Virus record (IMG/VR): IMGVR_UViG_3300021185_002806
Source: a virus
Direction: 5' to 3' (one strand)
DNA: 64,000 nt
This document shows, one piece after another, positions 19,670 through 29,310 of this stretch. The notes under the pieces were generated by a model. That model was not told the origin of the DNA. It did no database searches and was given only the letters and a program-made list of their open reading frames with translations. Position 1 is the first letter of the stretch; every line of letters starts with the position of its first letter. A program made the translations under genes and the position numbers.

Positions 19670-19890
19670 CGCAACTGTAGTTTCAGTGGATTGCACTCGA
19701 AAGTGCAACCCTATATTCTGAATAGAAGACCTCTATGTTGCTGTTGCAATGCAAATCTCGGTTCGAACCTTTTGCACCTCACAAATAGAAGGGACTTCGC
19801 AATAATTCAATATAATCGCTTACTTGCGATATACTTTTGGGTTGCGATAGTAAACTGTAAAACAGAGAACTACTTGTATTTCCCATACAA
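19670..19890. ncRNA. candidate structured ncRNA or leader (about 220 nt) upstream of putA
   Basis: Non-coding, multiple hairpins (ttgcact-cgaa-agtgcaa, tgcaaa/tttgca, tcgcaa/ttgcga, gcaac/gttgc), bracketed by two late-promoter motifs. Confidence 0.55.
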
Positions 19891-19929
19891 ATATTTATTA
19901 TTTTAGTCGATAATCGATTTAAAACAAGC

Positions 19930-20033
19930 AAAAAAAGACCCGATAGTATTGCTACTACCGGGTCAGTTGGCGAAGAGGACTAGAGAACGGTGCAGGGAGC
20001 ACCGTACTAAAGTGCAGGCTAAAAGCCTGCATA
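19930..20033 (-). ncRNA. candidate three-hairpin sRNA with C/U-rich anti-SD-like loop
   Basis: Hairpins at 20013-31 and 19987-20005 (CUCCCU across the loop), pyrimidine-rich linker, GCAA-loop terminator at 19937-64 plus U7; GTAAATA upstream. Confidence 0.7.
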
Positions 20034-20081
20034 AGTATTTACTACAATTTGTGGTTTAGTTTACTTACAACATATTGTATG

Positions 20082-20267
20082 TTATAGCGTTTCGATATCA
20101 AGTAGTTCGGGATCCATATCTAATGAGGTATGTACATTCCAAACTTCTTTTTCGTGTATTAATGAAAAATGTGCCGCTTCTACTTCTGTCATTAGTTTCA
20201 TTTCAGTCTCATTGCCATGTTCAATAAGATATAAAAAATGTTCTTTCTTTTTCTTCTTGGTCGTCAA
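20082..20267 (-). CDS. small hypothetical protein
   Basis: ORF adjacent to upstream stop. Confidence 0.5.
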   Translation of the reverse strand: MTTKKKKKEHFLYLIEHGNETEMKLMTEVEAAHFSLIHEKEVWNVHTSLDMDPELLDIETL

Positions 20268-20600
20268 TTAATATTCCTCTTCACCTAATGTTTCTTTAAC
20301 ACATTCTAATGCTTCATCATCATAACCACACACATGCCACTTATAAATGCCATCAGGTATATTATCTTCATCCCATTCATCTCTCTTAGAGATGGTTGCA
20401 GTTATAAAATCGTAATCATCATTATAACCAGCAGTGTCCATTGGTATTTTAAATTGAAGAACCCATTCAGCATCAGACATATCACTACCAATAGTAGGGT
20501 CGCCAAATATGTCCACTAACCTTTGGTATGTAGTTTCAACATACCCTTGAAGACTAACGCCTTCAAAGTCTATCATATCATCATTTTCAAACTCGTACAT
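20268..20600 (-). CDS. acidic hypothetical early phage protein
   Basis: SD aggag, promoter TTGACA-N16-TATATT at 20622-49. Confidence 0.75.
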   Translation of the reverse strand: MYEFENDDMIDFEGVSLQGYVETTYQRLVDIFGDPTIGSDMSDAEWVLQFKIPMDTAGYNDDYDFITATISKRDEWDEDNIPDGIYKWHVCGYDDEALECVKETLGEEEY

Positions 20601-20645
20601 TATACTCCTTATGTTATACTTAATATAGCATTATTTTGATAAATG

Positions 20646-21233
20646 TCAAGTTTTAATTAGACATATTTTTACATCACTAAATTTCGCATCTTCGCTATCA
20701 AACATACTCCAAGTGTTTCCTGTTCGTTTAACAAAGTCATCTGCTAGTTTATTCTCTGCTTCAATATAATGATACATATGATGGTCGTCCACATACCATT
20801 GATAATTTGGATATGATATATCCCATCCGCCTGCTTCTTTCCACCAATCAAAGCATTCTTTGTTTCCTCGTCTTACTAGTAAGATTTGTGAGTTTTCTAT
20901 GTTATCTTTTAACCAATCTAAACTATATGCAAATTGGTGACACTTAATCATTTTTGTTTTTGAGTTTTTTTCTTGAAATGCCATGTCGCAATCTTTTTTA
21001 AACTGAGAAACATTATCACTATAAAATCTTTCAAGGCTATGAAAATTATGACCTAGTTCCATACCTGGTCCCCAATATGCACCCTTGTGTCCTGAAAATT
21101 TTCCATGAGTGTAGAGTCGCCAGTCTGTTTCATCTGACGTATTGTAACCAAAGTTCTCTGCGATAACCTGGCCTACACCAGACCACCTAGAACCGGGCGC
21201 ACCTACTAAAAATGTATAATCAAGCATTATCAA
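20646..21233 (-). CDS. P-loop / sulfotransferase-like protein
   Basis: FLVGAPGSRWSG, IKCH, LLVRR. Confidence 0.55.
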   Translation of the reverse strand: MIMLDYTFLVGAPGSRWSGVGQVIAENFGYNTSDETDWRLYTHGKFSGHKGAYWGPGMELGHNFHSLERFYSDNVSQFKKDCDMAFQEKNSKTKMIKCHQFAYSLDWLKDNIENSQILLVRRGNKECFDWWKEAGGWDISYPNYQWYVDDHHMYHYIEAENKLADDFVKRTGNTWSMFDSEDAKFSDVKICLIKT

Positions 21234-21462
21234 AATATTTCTTTAATTCGTCAAATCCTCCGATGTATGTTTCATCTAACCAAATCTGAGGAGCAGTACG
21301 AGGTACTATATTCAGTTTTCCACATTCTTCAAATAACGTTGTACGTGCATCGTTATCAATTTGTATATTATATTCAGTTATTTCTACACCCTTCATTTTC
21401 AATAAATTCTTAGCTTGTACACAATATGTACATGCATTTTTGCTGTATACCGTTGCTTTCAT
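21220..21462 (-). CDS. glutaredoxin
   Basis: CTYC, TAPQIW, IGGFDEL. Confidence 0.92.
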   Translation of the reverse strand: MKATVYSKNACTYCVQAKNLLKMKGVEITEYNIQIDNDARTTLFEECGKLNIVPRTAPQIWLDETYIGGFDELKKYFDNA

Positions 21463-21496
21463 AAAATACTTTTTCCTTTCTAATAGTATGTACTTA

Positions 21497-22282
21497 TCAT
21501 TTTTCAACAAATGATTTTTCTACTACATACTCACCTGGTGTCTTATTATTTCCTTCTGAGAACCCAAGTCCTTCTAACCATTCTTTTAATTCTAAATTCA
21601 TTTCCATTGAACCACAAACCATAACTCTGTCATGTTCTTTAGAGAATTCACTTAGTCCTAATTGTTCTTGTACTTTGCCTTTATACATTGCAGTAGTAAC
21701 TCTGCCCATATTAACAAATTCTTCACGTGTTACTGTTGGATAAAACTTAAATTTACCTTGAGTAATTTCGCCCCATATTTCATGAGCATTCAATCCTTCT
21801 AAGAACTCTTTATATGCAAGTTCCTTAACTGTTCGTGTACCCCATACTAATATTACATTATCATAATCTTCATAGGTTTCTAATCCTCTTACCAAACTCA
21901 TAAAGGGTGCAACTCCAGTTCCTGTTGCTAGTAAATATAGATTTTTACCAGGTTTTAAATTTGGTATAACCAACGTGCCTACTGCTTTAGAATTTACTAA
22001 TAATTCATCGCCTTCTTTTATATGTTGCAGTCTGCTTGTTAATGGTCCATCTGGTACCTTAATTGAGAACCACTCCATATATTCTTCATAGTTTGGTGAT
22101 GCAACTGAATATGCTCTCATTATAGGCTTATTTCTTTGTAACTTTTCTGACCAATTATCTAAGCCAATCATTAAAAATTCACCATCACGAAATCTAGTAC
22201 CCTTATCACGGGTAGTCTTTATATGCATTAAGTTATCTGTATAATGTTTTACCTCTAATACTGTTTCTCTTATGATAGCCAT
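21497..22282 (-). CDS. fpr: ferredoxin-NADP+ reductase
   Basis: RAYSVAS, GPLTSRL, TGTGVAPF, MVCGS. Confidence 0.95.
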   Translation of the reverse strand: MAIIRETVLEVKHYTDNLMHIKTTRDKGTRFRDGEFLMIGLDNWSEKLQRNKPIMRAYSVASPNYEEYMEWFSIKVPDGPLTSRLQHIKEGDELLVNSKAVGTLVIPNLKPGKNLYLLATGTGVAPFMSLVRGLETYEDYDNVILVWGTRTVKELAYKEFLEGLNAHEIWGEITQGKFKFYPTVTREEFVNMGRVTTAMYKGKVQEQLGLSEFSKEHDRVMVCGSMEMNLELKEWLEGLGFSEGNNKTPGEYVVEKSFVEK

Positions 22283-23214
22283 TTGTCTACTTCATCCTGA
22301 TAATCATTGATTAATTTGTCTGCAACTTTAAATTTGTTAGTTGAAAGCAACTGTTCTATACCATTTAGTTGTTTATATTTTTTATGCCAAGTTAAGTAAG
22401 TATCACTTAATGTCAGTCCAGGAATGTTCTTAGATAATATCTTTGCTAACGTTTTTGCATCTGAACAATGCAATTCTTTAAAACCTAATGCAAGGCCGCC
22501 ATTTGCTAAAATATTATCTCTCACTCCTATTTCATTACGTAACTTTAGTGACAACTCTGTAATATTATCATAATAGCTTTGATAAGAGAAATTACTGCGA
22601 TAGCCTTCATTTTTAACTTCTTGTAAATGTGTTATAGCCAGCATTTCAGCAGGCGATTTAGAAATTATGGCAATATGGGTATCAATTTCTAAATCATATA
22701 CATCTTTAAAAAGTTTAGGGTGCGAATACGTATCACCGATAATGTAATATTCATGTTGTCCAAATATCTGATGCTTGAATTTTATATTTCTTTCAGTCAT
22801 ATATTTACTATGACGGTCTTTCATATTTGCAACTTCTAGCGATTGTATCTTTGTCAATGCTTCCTGAAATGATATACCATGGCGTAACGCATGCCAATTT
22901 GCAACATCTAATGCACCAACATCATAAAATGTTTGTCCAGTACCGTGCCTAGGCGGAAACACATTCGACAAGAAAGTTAATGGTTTAACTGAGCCATCAT
23001 TTAGCAATGCAACTAAGTCATACTTTACACCATCATGTTCTGCTACATATGTACTACCTTCTGGTGGGGCACCTGCTGTATGCTTAACAAACGTTGGCGC
23101 CCAATACCCTGCATCTTCAAAATCTATTTCAATCTCTGGGTGCAATAATAACCATAGGCATATTTTTAGAAAATCGCCGCCGGCACCTGCATTATAACTC
23201 AAATATATATTCAT
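22270..23214 (-). CDS. hypothetical protein, possible sulfotransferase/P-loop fold
   Basis: N-terminal YNAGAGGDFL. Confidence 0.55.
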   Translation of the reverse strand: MNIYLSYNAGAGGDFLKICLWLLLHPEIEIDFEDAGYWAPTFVKHTAGAPPEGSTYVAEHDGVKYDLVALLNDGSVKPLTFLSNVFPPRHGTGQTFYDVGALDVANWHALRHGISFQEALTKIQSLEVANMKDRHSKYMTERNIKFKHQIFGQHEYYIIGDTYSHPKLFKDVYDLEIDTHIAIISKSPAEMLAITHLQEVKNEGYRSNFSYQSYYDNITELSLKLRNEIGVRDNILANGGLALGFKELHCSDAKTLAKILSKNIPGLTLSDTYLTWHKKYKQLNGIEQLLSTNKFKVADKLINDYQDEVDKWLS

Positions 23215-23372
23215 TTATTTTCCCGGTAAAACGCATATTGGTAATGTTGGTACTACAATACAGCCTACAAATTTCATTACTGTTAGTTTTACTCTATCTT
23301 CTTTTTCTTTTTCTGTTTTAGGGGTAGCACACGCACTGACTAATAATAAAATTAGTATTAAAAAAACTTTCA

Positions 23373-23696
23373 TTAATGATTTCGCCCACCATCGAATACA
23401 CATACAAAGTACATATCGCCTGAGCCTTGATTATGAACACGATGAAAAACACCATCTTCAATCAGTACACAATCACCTTCAATAACGTACAATTCTTTAT
23501 CATCAAGTTCCATAATACCGTGTCCTTTTAAAAACATATAGACTTCTTCTTGTCCTTCATGTTTATGTCCACTGGTAGATTTTCCTGAATGCAATGTAGT
23601 TGAACTGACAACTAAATTTCTCAGTAAGGTATTATCCGTTACTGTATACGTTTCATTGTCTTTTACTGTTTGTCCGTCAATTTCCCATAAATTCAT
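23373..23696 (-). CDS. cupin-domain protein
   Basis: GHKHEGQEEVY...GVFHRVHN. Confidence 0.9.
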   Translation of the reverse strand: MNLWEIDGQTVKDNETYTVTDNTLLRNLVVSSTTLHSGKSTSGHKHEGQEEVYMFLKGHGIMELDDKELYVIEGDCVLIEDGVFHRVHNQGSGDMYFVCVFDGGRNH

Positions 23697-24103
23697 TTGC
23701 ATATAGTTACCCTCTTACGTAAATCACTTGAACTAAACCTATGGTCTCGTTCATTAAAATGTATATCTATCTCCCTTTTCTTACAAATATCACGACCTGT
23801 AAAATCTTTGTCTCTATATTCTACGCCGAGAATACGAATGTCAATATGCATACCACTTAGAATGTCTTCCAAGTCTTGTTCAGTTGCATATGGAATAATT
23901 TCATCTACATATTTACATGCACGTAGTTGTAAGTATCTTTCGACAACAGTTTGTACTGGTTTATTTTTTGTCGGTCTGTCCATTGTTGGGTCTGTTTGCA
24001 ATCCCACAATAAGATAATCGCATTGTGCTTTTGCTTCTTCTAACATCAATGTATGACCTGCGTGTAACAAGTCAAATGAACTACATGTAAATCCTATCTT
24101 CAT
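23693..24103 (-). CDS. glycerol-3-phosphate cytidylyltransferase (TagD-like)
   Basis: FDLLHAGH (HxGH), SSSDLR. Confidence 0.9.
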   Translation of the reverse strand: MKIGFTCSSFDLLHAGHTLMLEEAKAQCDYLIVGLQTDPTMDRPTKNKPVQTVVERYLQLRACKYVDEIIPYATEQDLEDILSGMHIDIRILGVEYRDKDFTGRDICKKREIDIHFNERDHRFSSSDLRKRVTICK

Positions 24104-24495
24104 AATACGTGTACCTTTTGTCTTATAGTTTCAATTAAATTTCCTAATCCATTTCTACGTTGTTGAGATAATAATTGTTGAATGTTTAAACTTTGAAAAT
24201 CTTCATGCTTGATTTCTTTTGCCTCTTCAACTGGTATATCTGAAAAACAATCTGCAACAATACTAGTAATACCTTTTGTAATCATTGCATCACTATCGTA
24301 ATACACTTTTACTTTATCTTCTACTACACCTACATCAATCCAAATCTTTGACATGCACCCACCTACAAGTCTATCATCAGTTCTTAATTCATATGGTAGC
24401 GTAGTAGACTTTTTTGCAAGTTCTATTAGATAAACTAATCTTTCATTGCCATCATCAAAAAGACTTAGATTGTCTGCCCATTCATTTATTTTCAT
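24100..24495 (-). CDS. sufE: SufE-family Fe-S sulfur acceptor
   Basis: VGGCMSKIW, DSDAMITKG, LSQQRRNGL. Confidence 0.9.
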   Translation of the reverse strand: MKINEWADNLSLFDDGNERLVYLIELAKKSTTLPYELRTDDRLVGGCMSKIWIDVGVVEDKVKVYYDSDAMITKGITSIVADCFSDIPVEEAKEIKHEDFQSLNIQQLLSQQRRNGLGNLIETIRQKVHVL

Positions 24496-24722
24496 GAAAA
24501 CTTTTTCCAAAGTTTATGTAATACAAAAAACCAAATACCGTTAATTGCTGGTTCTACTAATGCAACTGACCCTGCTTCCCATAAAGAGGCATCCGTCATT
24601 ATTTTAACTACTGTCATAGCAATAATAATGTGGCCACATGTATAAATTAATGCAAGTGTCAATGAGTCACTTTTTACTGCTAAGTCTTTTAAAGTTTTAA
24701 ATATTCCTTCATTAAACTCCAT
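24492..24722 (-). CDS. DUF2061-like membrane protein
   Basis: Two TM segments, ALVEP.IN..WF..LH. Confidence 0.65.
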   Translation of the reverse strand: MEFNEGIFKTLKDLAVKSDSLTLALIYTCGHIIIAMTVVKIMTDASLWEAGSVALVEPAINGIWFFVLHKLWKKFS

Positions 24723-24734
24723 AGTGTCCCTTTT

Positions 24735-25082
24735 TTATATTATATTTCTCACAATAACAATACTAGAAATACCTAACCATAAAGTATTAAAGATTACTAA
24801 CGTAGGTAATCCTTTTTCTCTACTAGCCCATATTAAAAGACTGCTTGTAAAAAGTGTTAAAAAATGAAATTGCCATACTTCAATACCGTATAATAATGCA
24901 GGAAGAATGACTAATGCTTTTGCATACCAGGCTGATGCTTCTACAACGTTATAATTTACCCAATATTCTTTCTTACCATAAAGTTTTACACATTCGATAA
25001 TTTTTCTAACCCCTACCAATCTGTATACGATTGTTGTAACTGTTAAAAATAATCCTAAAGTTAATAATACCTGAAATAACAT
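24735..25082 (-). CDS. membrane protein
   Basis: Four hydrophobic segments. Confidence 0.7.
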   Translation of the reverse strand: MLFQVLLTLGLFLTVTTIVYRLVGVRKIIECVKLYGKKEYWVNYNVVEASAWYAKALVILPALLYGIEVWQFHFLTLFTSSLLIWASREKGLPTLVIFNTLWLGISSIVIVRNII

Positions 25083-25083
25083 A

Positions 25084-25359
25084 CTAGTTCCTCATTAAAA
25101 AATCTGCACAATCCTGTTCGTTTCTAAAATTGATTGTTGCAATTCTTGTATAGTTATCAATGTGACATGAGATATCTTTTTGAGCATATCTTTTCACTAA
25201 ATCTTTCCTGAACTTCCTCATAGCATCATTATTTAAAAATAATGAAGACTTAGCATTATTGGATTCTTCAACAGGAACAACTTGTGCTACAATAGAATAA
25301 GGAAGACCAACACCTGGGTTAGTCTTTGTCTTCGCTATATCTATTTTATATGTTTTCAT
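25084..25359 (-). CDS. hypothetical protein
   Basis: Likely start MKTYKID. Confidence 0.6.
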   Translation of the reverse strand: MKTYKIDIAKTKTNPGVGLPYSIVAQVVPVEESNNAKSSLFLNNDAMRKFRKDLVKRYAQKDISCHIDNYTRIATINFRNEQDCADFLMRN

Positions 25360-25360
25360 A

Positions 25361-26509
25361 TCACATCTTTGTTGTTGTATTTTCATACGTTTTATTATAT
25401 TGACTATTTGTTCTTATAAATGTAGCACATTTTGAAAGATATTTCAACCTTTTTGCACCTGCATATGTACAAGTAGAACGTATACCTCCAAGAATTGTTT
25501 GTATTGTATCTGCTACCTTTCCTCTATATGGTACAAGTACTTCACGACCTTCACTAGCACGATAATCTTTTAATCCACCAAAGTGTTTTTGATTTGCCGC
25601 ATCTGAACTCATTCCGTAGAACTTTATGAATTGCTTTTCTTCTACTTTTTGTTTGCGATTATCTAAATGCTCCCCAACTTCATATTCTAATTCATTTGTT
25701 GTATAAAACTTAGTAATTACTTTACCGCCGCCTTCATCATGGCCGGCAAGCATACCGCCAAGCATAACATAATCTGCCCCACCTGCAAAGGCTTTAGAGA
25801 TATCTCCAGGGCAATTACACCCACCGTCAGCAATAATGTGACCGCCAAGTCCGTGTGCGGCGTCGGCACATTCGATGACCGCCGATAACTGCGGATATCC
25901 CACACCAGTTTGAATCCGAGTAGTGCAAACAGACCCGGGACCAATACCCACTTTAACAATATCTGCTCCATTTAGTATTAACTCCTGTGTTTGGTCTGCC
26001 GTTACAACATTGCCTGCTATGATTACTATATTAGGATAATTTTCACGAAATTTACCTACAAACTCTGTAAATCTTTGACTATACCCATTTGCTACATCAA
26101 TGCAAACATATTGTAAGATACCGTTTAGTTGTTCGTATACTGTTCTAAATTTTTCTTCATCTGGAGAAGTGATGCCGATACTCATAGCAACATTTTTACT
26201 TCGTCTTGCATCTGGAAAATCATTAATGAAAAACTCTACAATCTGTTCTACTGAATATGTTTTCACAAGGCAGGTAAAAATATTTTGTTGTGCAAGTGCA
26301 TCTGCCATTACCAAGGTACCTACGCCGTCCATATTGGATGCCATAAGTGGGACACCTCTATAATGTCTATGCAATTCTGTCTGTGATTTTGTATTGCGAA
26401 ATGTAAACCCACGTTCTAAGTCAACTTCCTTGCGAGAGCCTAATGTGCTTCGTTTAGGTCTAATTAGAACATCATCATAGTTAAGTTTAATTTCATTTTC
26501 AATATGCAT
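25361..26509 (-). CDS. guaC: GMP reductase
   Basis: [41 protein letters not shown]. Confidence 0.96.
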   Translation of the reverse strand: MHIENEIKLNYDDVLIRPKRSTLGSRKEVDLERGFTFRNTKSQTELHRHYRGVPLMASNMDGVGTLVMADALAQQNIFTCLVKTYSVEQIVEFFINDFPDARRSKNVAMSIGITSPDEEKFRTVYEQLNGILQYVCIDVANGYSQRFTEFVGKFRENYPNIVIIAGNVVTADQTQELILNGADIVKVGIGPGSVCTTRIQTGVGYPQLSAVIECADAAHGLGGHIIADGGCNCPGDISKAFAGGADYVMLGGMLAGHDEGGGKVITKFYTTNELEYEVGEHLDNRKQKVEEKQFIKFYGMSSDAANQKHFGGLKDYRASEGREVLVPYRGKVADTIQTILGGIRSTCTYAGAKRLKYLSKCATFIRTNSQYNKTYENTTTKM

Positions 26510-26535
26510 AATTTACCTTAAAGTATTCAAAGGCC

Positions 26536-26784
26536 TTAAAGACCTTTGATAACTTCCCTAATTTCTTCTACCGCTGTAGAATCCACGTACTCACTTCGAA
26601 ATATTGCATACTTCTTAGTTGAGTAATTATATACACCAACTTCTGTGTATTCCCCATTGTCGTTTTTACTAAAACAACTATATAGACCATTACGGCCTTT
26701 GAACGGTTTTAGAAGATTAACTGCCTCTTCCATTGAAACCGACATTTTACGAGGCTTGCGCCCACGTTGAGTTTTGTTTGCCAC
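26536..26784 (-). CDS. hypothetical protein
   Basis: GTG start after SD gagga; promoter at about 26873-26901. Confidence 0.65.
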   Translation of the reverse strand: MANKTQRGRKPRKMSVSMEEAVNLLKPFKGRNGLYSCFSKNDNGEYTEVGVYNYSTKKYAIFRSEYVDSTAVEEIREVIKGL

Positions 26785-26909
26785 TTCATATATCCTCTTC
26801 GTCTGTAGTTAGCAAAGTTGTGTTTGTAGTTTAATCACATTTCGGTGTTAGTTCCTCATTTGAACTGTTATTAGTATACAACAAAATTCATTAAATTGCA
26901 AGAACTATT

Positions 26910-27599
26910 TTAGTTCCAACGATAAAAAATGTGCATGCCAATTCTTCCTACTAAATCCATTCGATGGTCTTTGCTCCATGCAGGTGCCACATAAGTTGCG
27001 TGATAATGTGTTGCGCCCTCAGTGATGCCTCGTAACCCATCATTATGCATAATGTCCCAAGCAATCATCTGTGCCTTGACCCAATTCTCTGAGCCTAATG
27101 GAATATCATCTGACTTGCCATCACAATACCAACTAAACTGACACTTATGACGAATAGGAATATATACACGTTCACTATCATCTAAATCAGGATACTGTTT
27201 TGTCTTCCAGCTTTCCTTCATTTTAGCTTGATATACTACTCCACATATACTATCTGGGTAATGTGCATGTTTTACACGATTAAGAACAACATCAGCAACT
27301 GCCGCCATACCAGCCTTGTTATCGATACTTGATTCAAAGAAAATGTTTTGTGCTAAACAAAACTCATCCTGAAATTCATATGGGTCAATTAGAAAGAATT
27401 CAATATCTTTTCTATTTGAGATATCAATAGTTTCTACTATAGTTGTTTTTACTGTATCAATATCTTTAGTTTTTTCGCCTGAGTCTACATTAAGTGTAGC
27501 ACTTGCGGCATAGGCGGCAAATCCTACTAATATACCCATCACTGTTAGGTTCATTAGTGTAACGAACCCACTACCCATTACTTTTAGAAATTTCAACAT
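26910..27599 (-). CDS. SleB-like cell wall hydrolase (Hydrolase_2)
   Basis: CLAQNIFFES, VLNRV, CQFSWYCDG, GATHYH, HIFY. Confidence 0.92.
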   Translation of the reverse strand: MLKFLKVMGSGFVTLMNLTVMGILVGFAAYAASATLNVDSGEKTKDIDTVKTTIVETIDISNRKDIEFFLIDPYEFQDEFCLAQNIFFESSIDNKAGMAAVADVVLNRVKHAHYPDSICGVVYQAKMKESWKTKQYPDLDDSERVYIPIRHKCQFSWYCDGKSDDIPLGSENWVKAQMIAWDIMHNDGLRGITEGATHYHATYVAPAWSKDHRMDLVGRIGMHIFYRWN

Positions 27600-27632
27600 T
27601 TATATCTGCCTCGCTTTTCTGATTATGTATAT

Positions 27633-27660
27633 ACTATAACATGATTCGCTATTTTGTCAA
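27633..27660 (-). promoter_or_regulatory. early promoter with YGAKTCG motif
   Basis: TTGACA(27655-60)-N16-TATAGT(27633-38); TGATTCG at 27642-48. Confidence 0.9.
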
Positions 27661-27663
27661 GTT

Positions 27664-28221
27664 TTAAGATACATAAATTTTAAGTACTTCGTACTCAATA
27701 TCACCTGCGGGACGCATAATTGCTACAATATCACCAACTTTTGAGCCGATTAGTTCAGCGCCTAGTGGTGATTTGAAGCTAATTATTCCATTATTTGGGT
27801 CTGATTCGAACTCTCCGGCAATCGTATATTCGATTGTCTTTTCTGTATCACAGTTTTCAATCTTAACTGTTGTACCAAAGGATACTTTTTCTTTCTTTCC
27901 TTTGGCCAAAGGCTCCATTACTGTTACCTTTTCAAGCATTTCCTGTAGTCTATGAACTTCCATGTCTACTCGTTGCATATCTTCCAATGCAACCAAAAGT
28001 TCCTCATTTTCTTCAAGACCGCCTTGTAGTCTTGCGGCAGTTATACGTTCTGTTATTTCTGGTCGTTTATCTTGTGTTTCTAAAATCTTTCTGTATAAAT
28101 CGTCTCTGCCTTTGGCACTTATTAAATCCATATTATTTTTATTCTCACTTAAATTATTATTACTTGAACGCCCATATTTATCAGATTGTTCTACTTTAAA
28201 GCCCATAATAGTACTAGTCAT
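27664..28221 (-). CDS. greA: transcription elongation factor GreA-like
   Basis: ARLQGGLEENEE, VSFGTTV, ISFKSPLGAELIG; start may be M at 28131. Confidence 0.88.
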   Translation of the reverse strand: MTSTIMGFKVEQSDKYGRSSNNNLSENKNNMDLISAKGRDDLYRKILETQDKRPEITERITAARLQGGLEENEELLVALEDMQRVDMEVHRLQEMLEKVTVMEPLAKGKKEKVSFGTTVKIENCDTEKTIEYTIAGEFESDPNNGIISFKSPLGAELIGSKVGDIVAIMRPAGDIEYEVLKIYVS

Positions 28222-28224
28222 TTG

Positions 28225-28515
28225 TTATTCCTCTCCAGTTGTTTTCATATCTTTAGTCATTACATCTAACATAGTTTGTAGATGATTTTCTCTACCAAAT
28301 TGCCTATCTAGCATTGCTCTAAACAACATCGATATAGCAACCATTTCATTGCCAACACCATCATCATACGGATTAATGTCATTGTCAACTAGTACTTGAA
28401 TAGCGGATTGAAGATATTCTATTACAATATCTTCGATATCATCTTGATCCATTTCATGTACTAATTTTGTCAAATCTGGTCTATACTTATTAAGTTCTAT
28501 TACATTATCGGTCAT
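28225..28515 (-). CDS. hypothetical protein
   Basis: Coupled ORF. Confidence 0.7.
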   Translation of the reverse strand: MTDNVIELNKYRPDLTKLVHEMDQDDIEDIVIEYLQSAIQVLVDNDINPYDDGVGNEMVAISMLFRAMLDRQFGRENHLQTMLDVMTKDMKTTGEE

Positions 28516-28928
28516 GATTTTAACTTGTCCTCTATAACTACGTATGCTATTACTATTGACTTTTCATCACTGACACTTAAATGAATAGTTTTATCTTTTA
28601 TTATTTGCTCATTTGCAATCTCATTAGATACCCTAACTTGTGGATGTTTTAATCCATAGCTTCCAGTCGGAGAGAAGTATGTAATATTACCCCAAGTAAA
28701 GTTACCTTTAAATCCAATACCTAATGCTTTAACAAAGGCTTCTTTTACTGCCCAACATTTTGCAAGATACTGTGCCTTATTTGCTTGTTGAAAATACTTT
28801 TCTTGCTCAGAGGCGCTTAAGATTTTCATAGCGAACTTATCACCATGCCTGTCTAATGCTTCCTGCATTCTTTTTATTTCAACAATATCTACACCGATAC
28901 CGTGAATTTTGTTGTGCGTTTTAATCAC
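28512..28928 (-). CDS. acpS: holo-ACP synthase (phosphopantetheinyl transferase)
   Basis: GIGVDIVE, WAVKEAFVKALG, LSVSD. Confidence 0.92.
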   Translation of the reverse strand: MIKTHNKIHGIGVDIVEIKRMQEALDRHGDKFAMKILSASEQEKYFQQANKAQYLAKCWAVKEAFVKALGIGFKGNFTWGNITYFSPTGSYGLKHPQVRVSNEIANEQIIKDKTIHLSVSDEKSIVIAYVVIEDKLKS

Positions 28929-29025
28929 TGATTTGCTTTCTTCTTTAGTTTGAATGCAAGTTTTCTTTTATATTTTTTTGCGGCAGTTTTCGTATTTCTA
29001 ATTTTGCCTTTTTCTGATAATCTTT

Positions 29026-29310
29026 TCATGTTGTCTCCATTTCTAATAAATCTTTAAACGTCCAGTTTTGTTTAACGAATGCGCCAAACATACCTGCTTC
29101 GGCATATTTTTCTAACAAAGTTCCTTTGACTTCCAATTGGTTGTTTCTAGTCAGAGTTTGCATAAACTCAGGTGTCATACCATGCTTCGTAGTCATATCA
29201 TGTATATCGATATTAGGTGCAAACTTTAATGTAACTAATGCCGCTTCTTCATCTGACATAACTACACAATCATTTTGACCATTAATTGTTACACTCCAAA
29301 CCTTATTCAT
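29026..29310 (-). CDS. hypothetical protein
   Basis: Coupled ORF. Confidence 0.65.
   Translation of the reverse strand: MNKVWSVTINGQNDCVVMSDEEAALVTLKFAPNIDIHDMTTKHGMTPEFMQTLTRNNQLEVKGTLLEKYAEAGMFGAFVKQNWTFKDLLEMETT

Noticed and set aside
19691-19906. 71-aa plus-strand ORF
   Set aside because: TTG start without SD and no coding-like composition; better explained as structured RNA
16769-28928. Host chromosomal contamination
   Set aside because: Metabolic genes are interleaved with phage hypotheticals and share the same promoters, composition and strand bias
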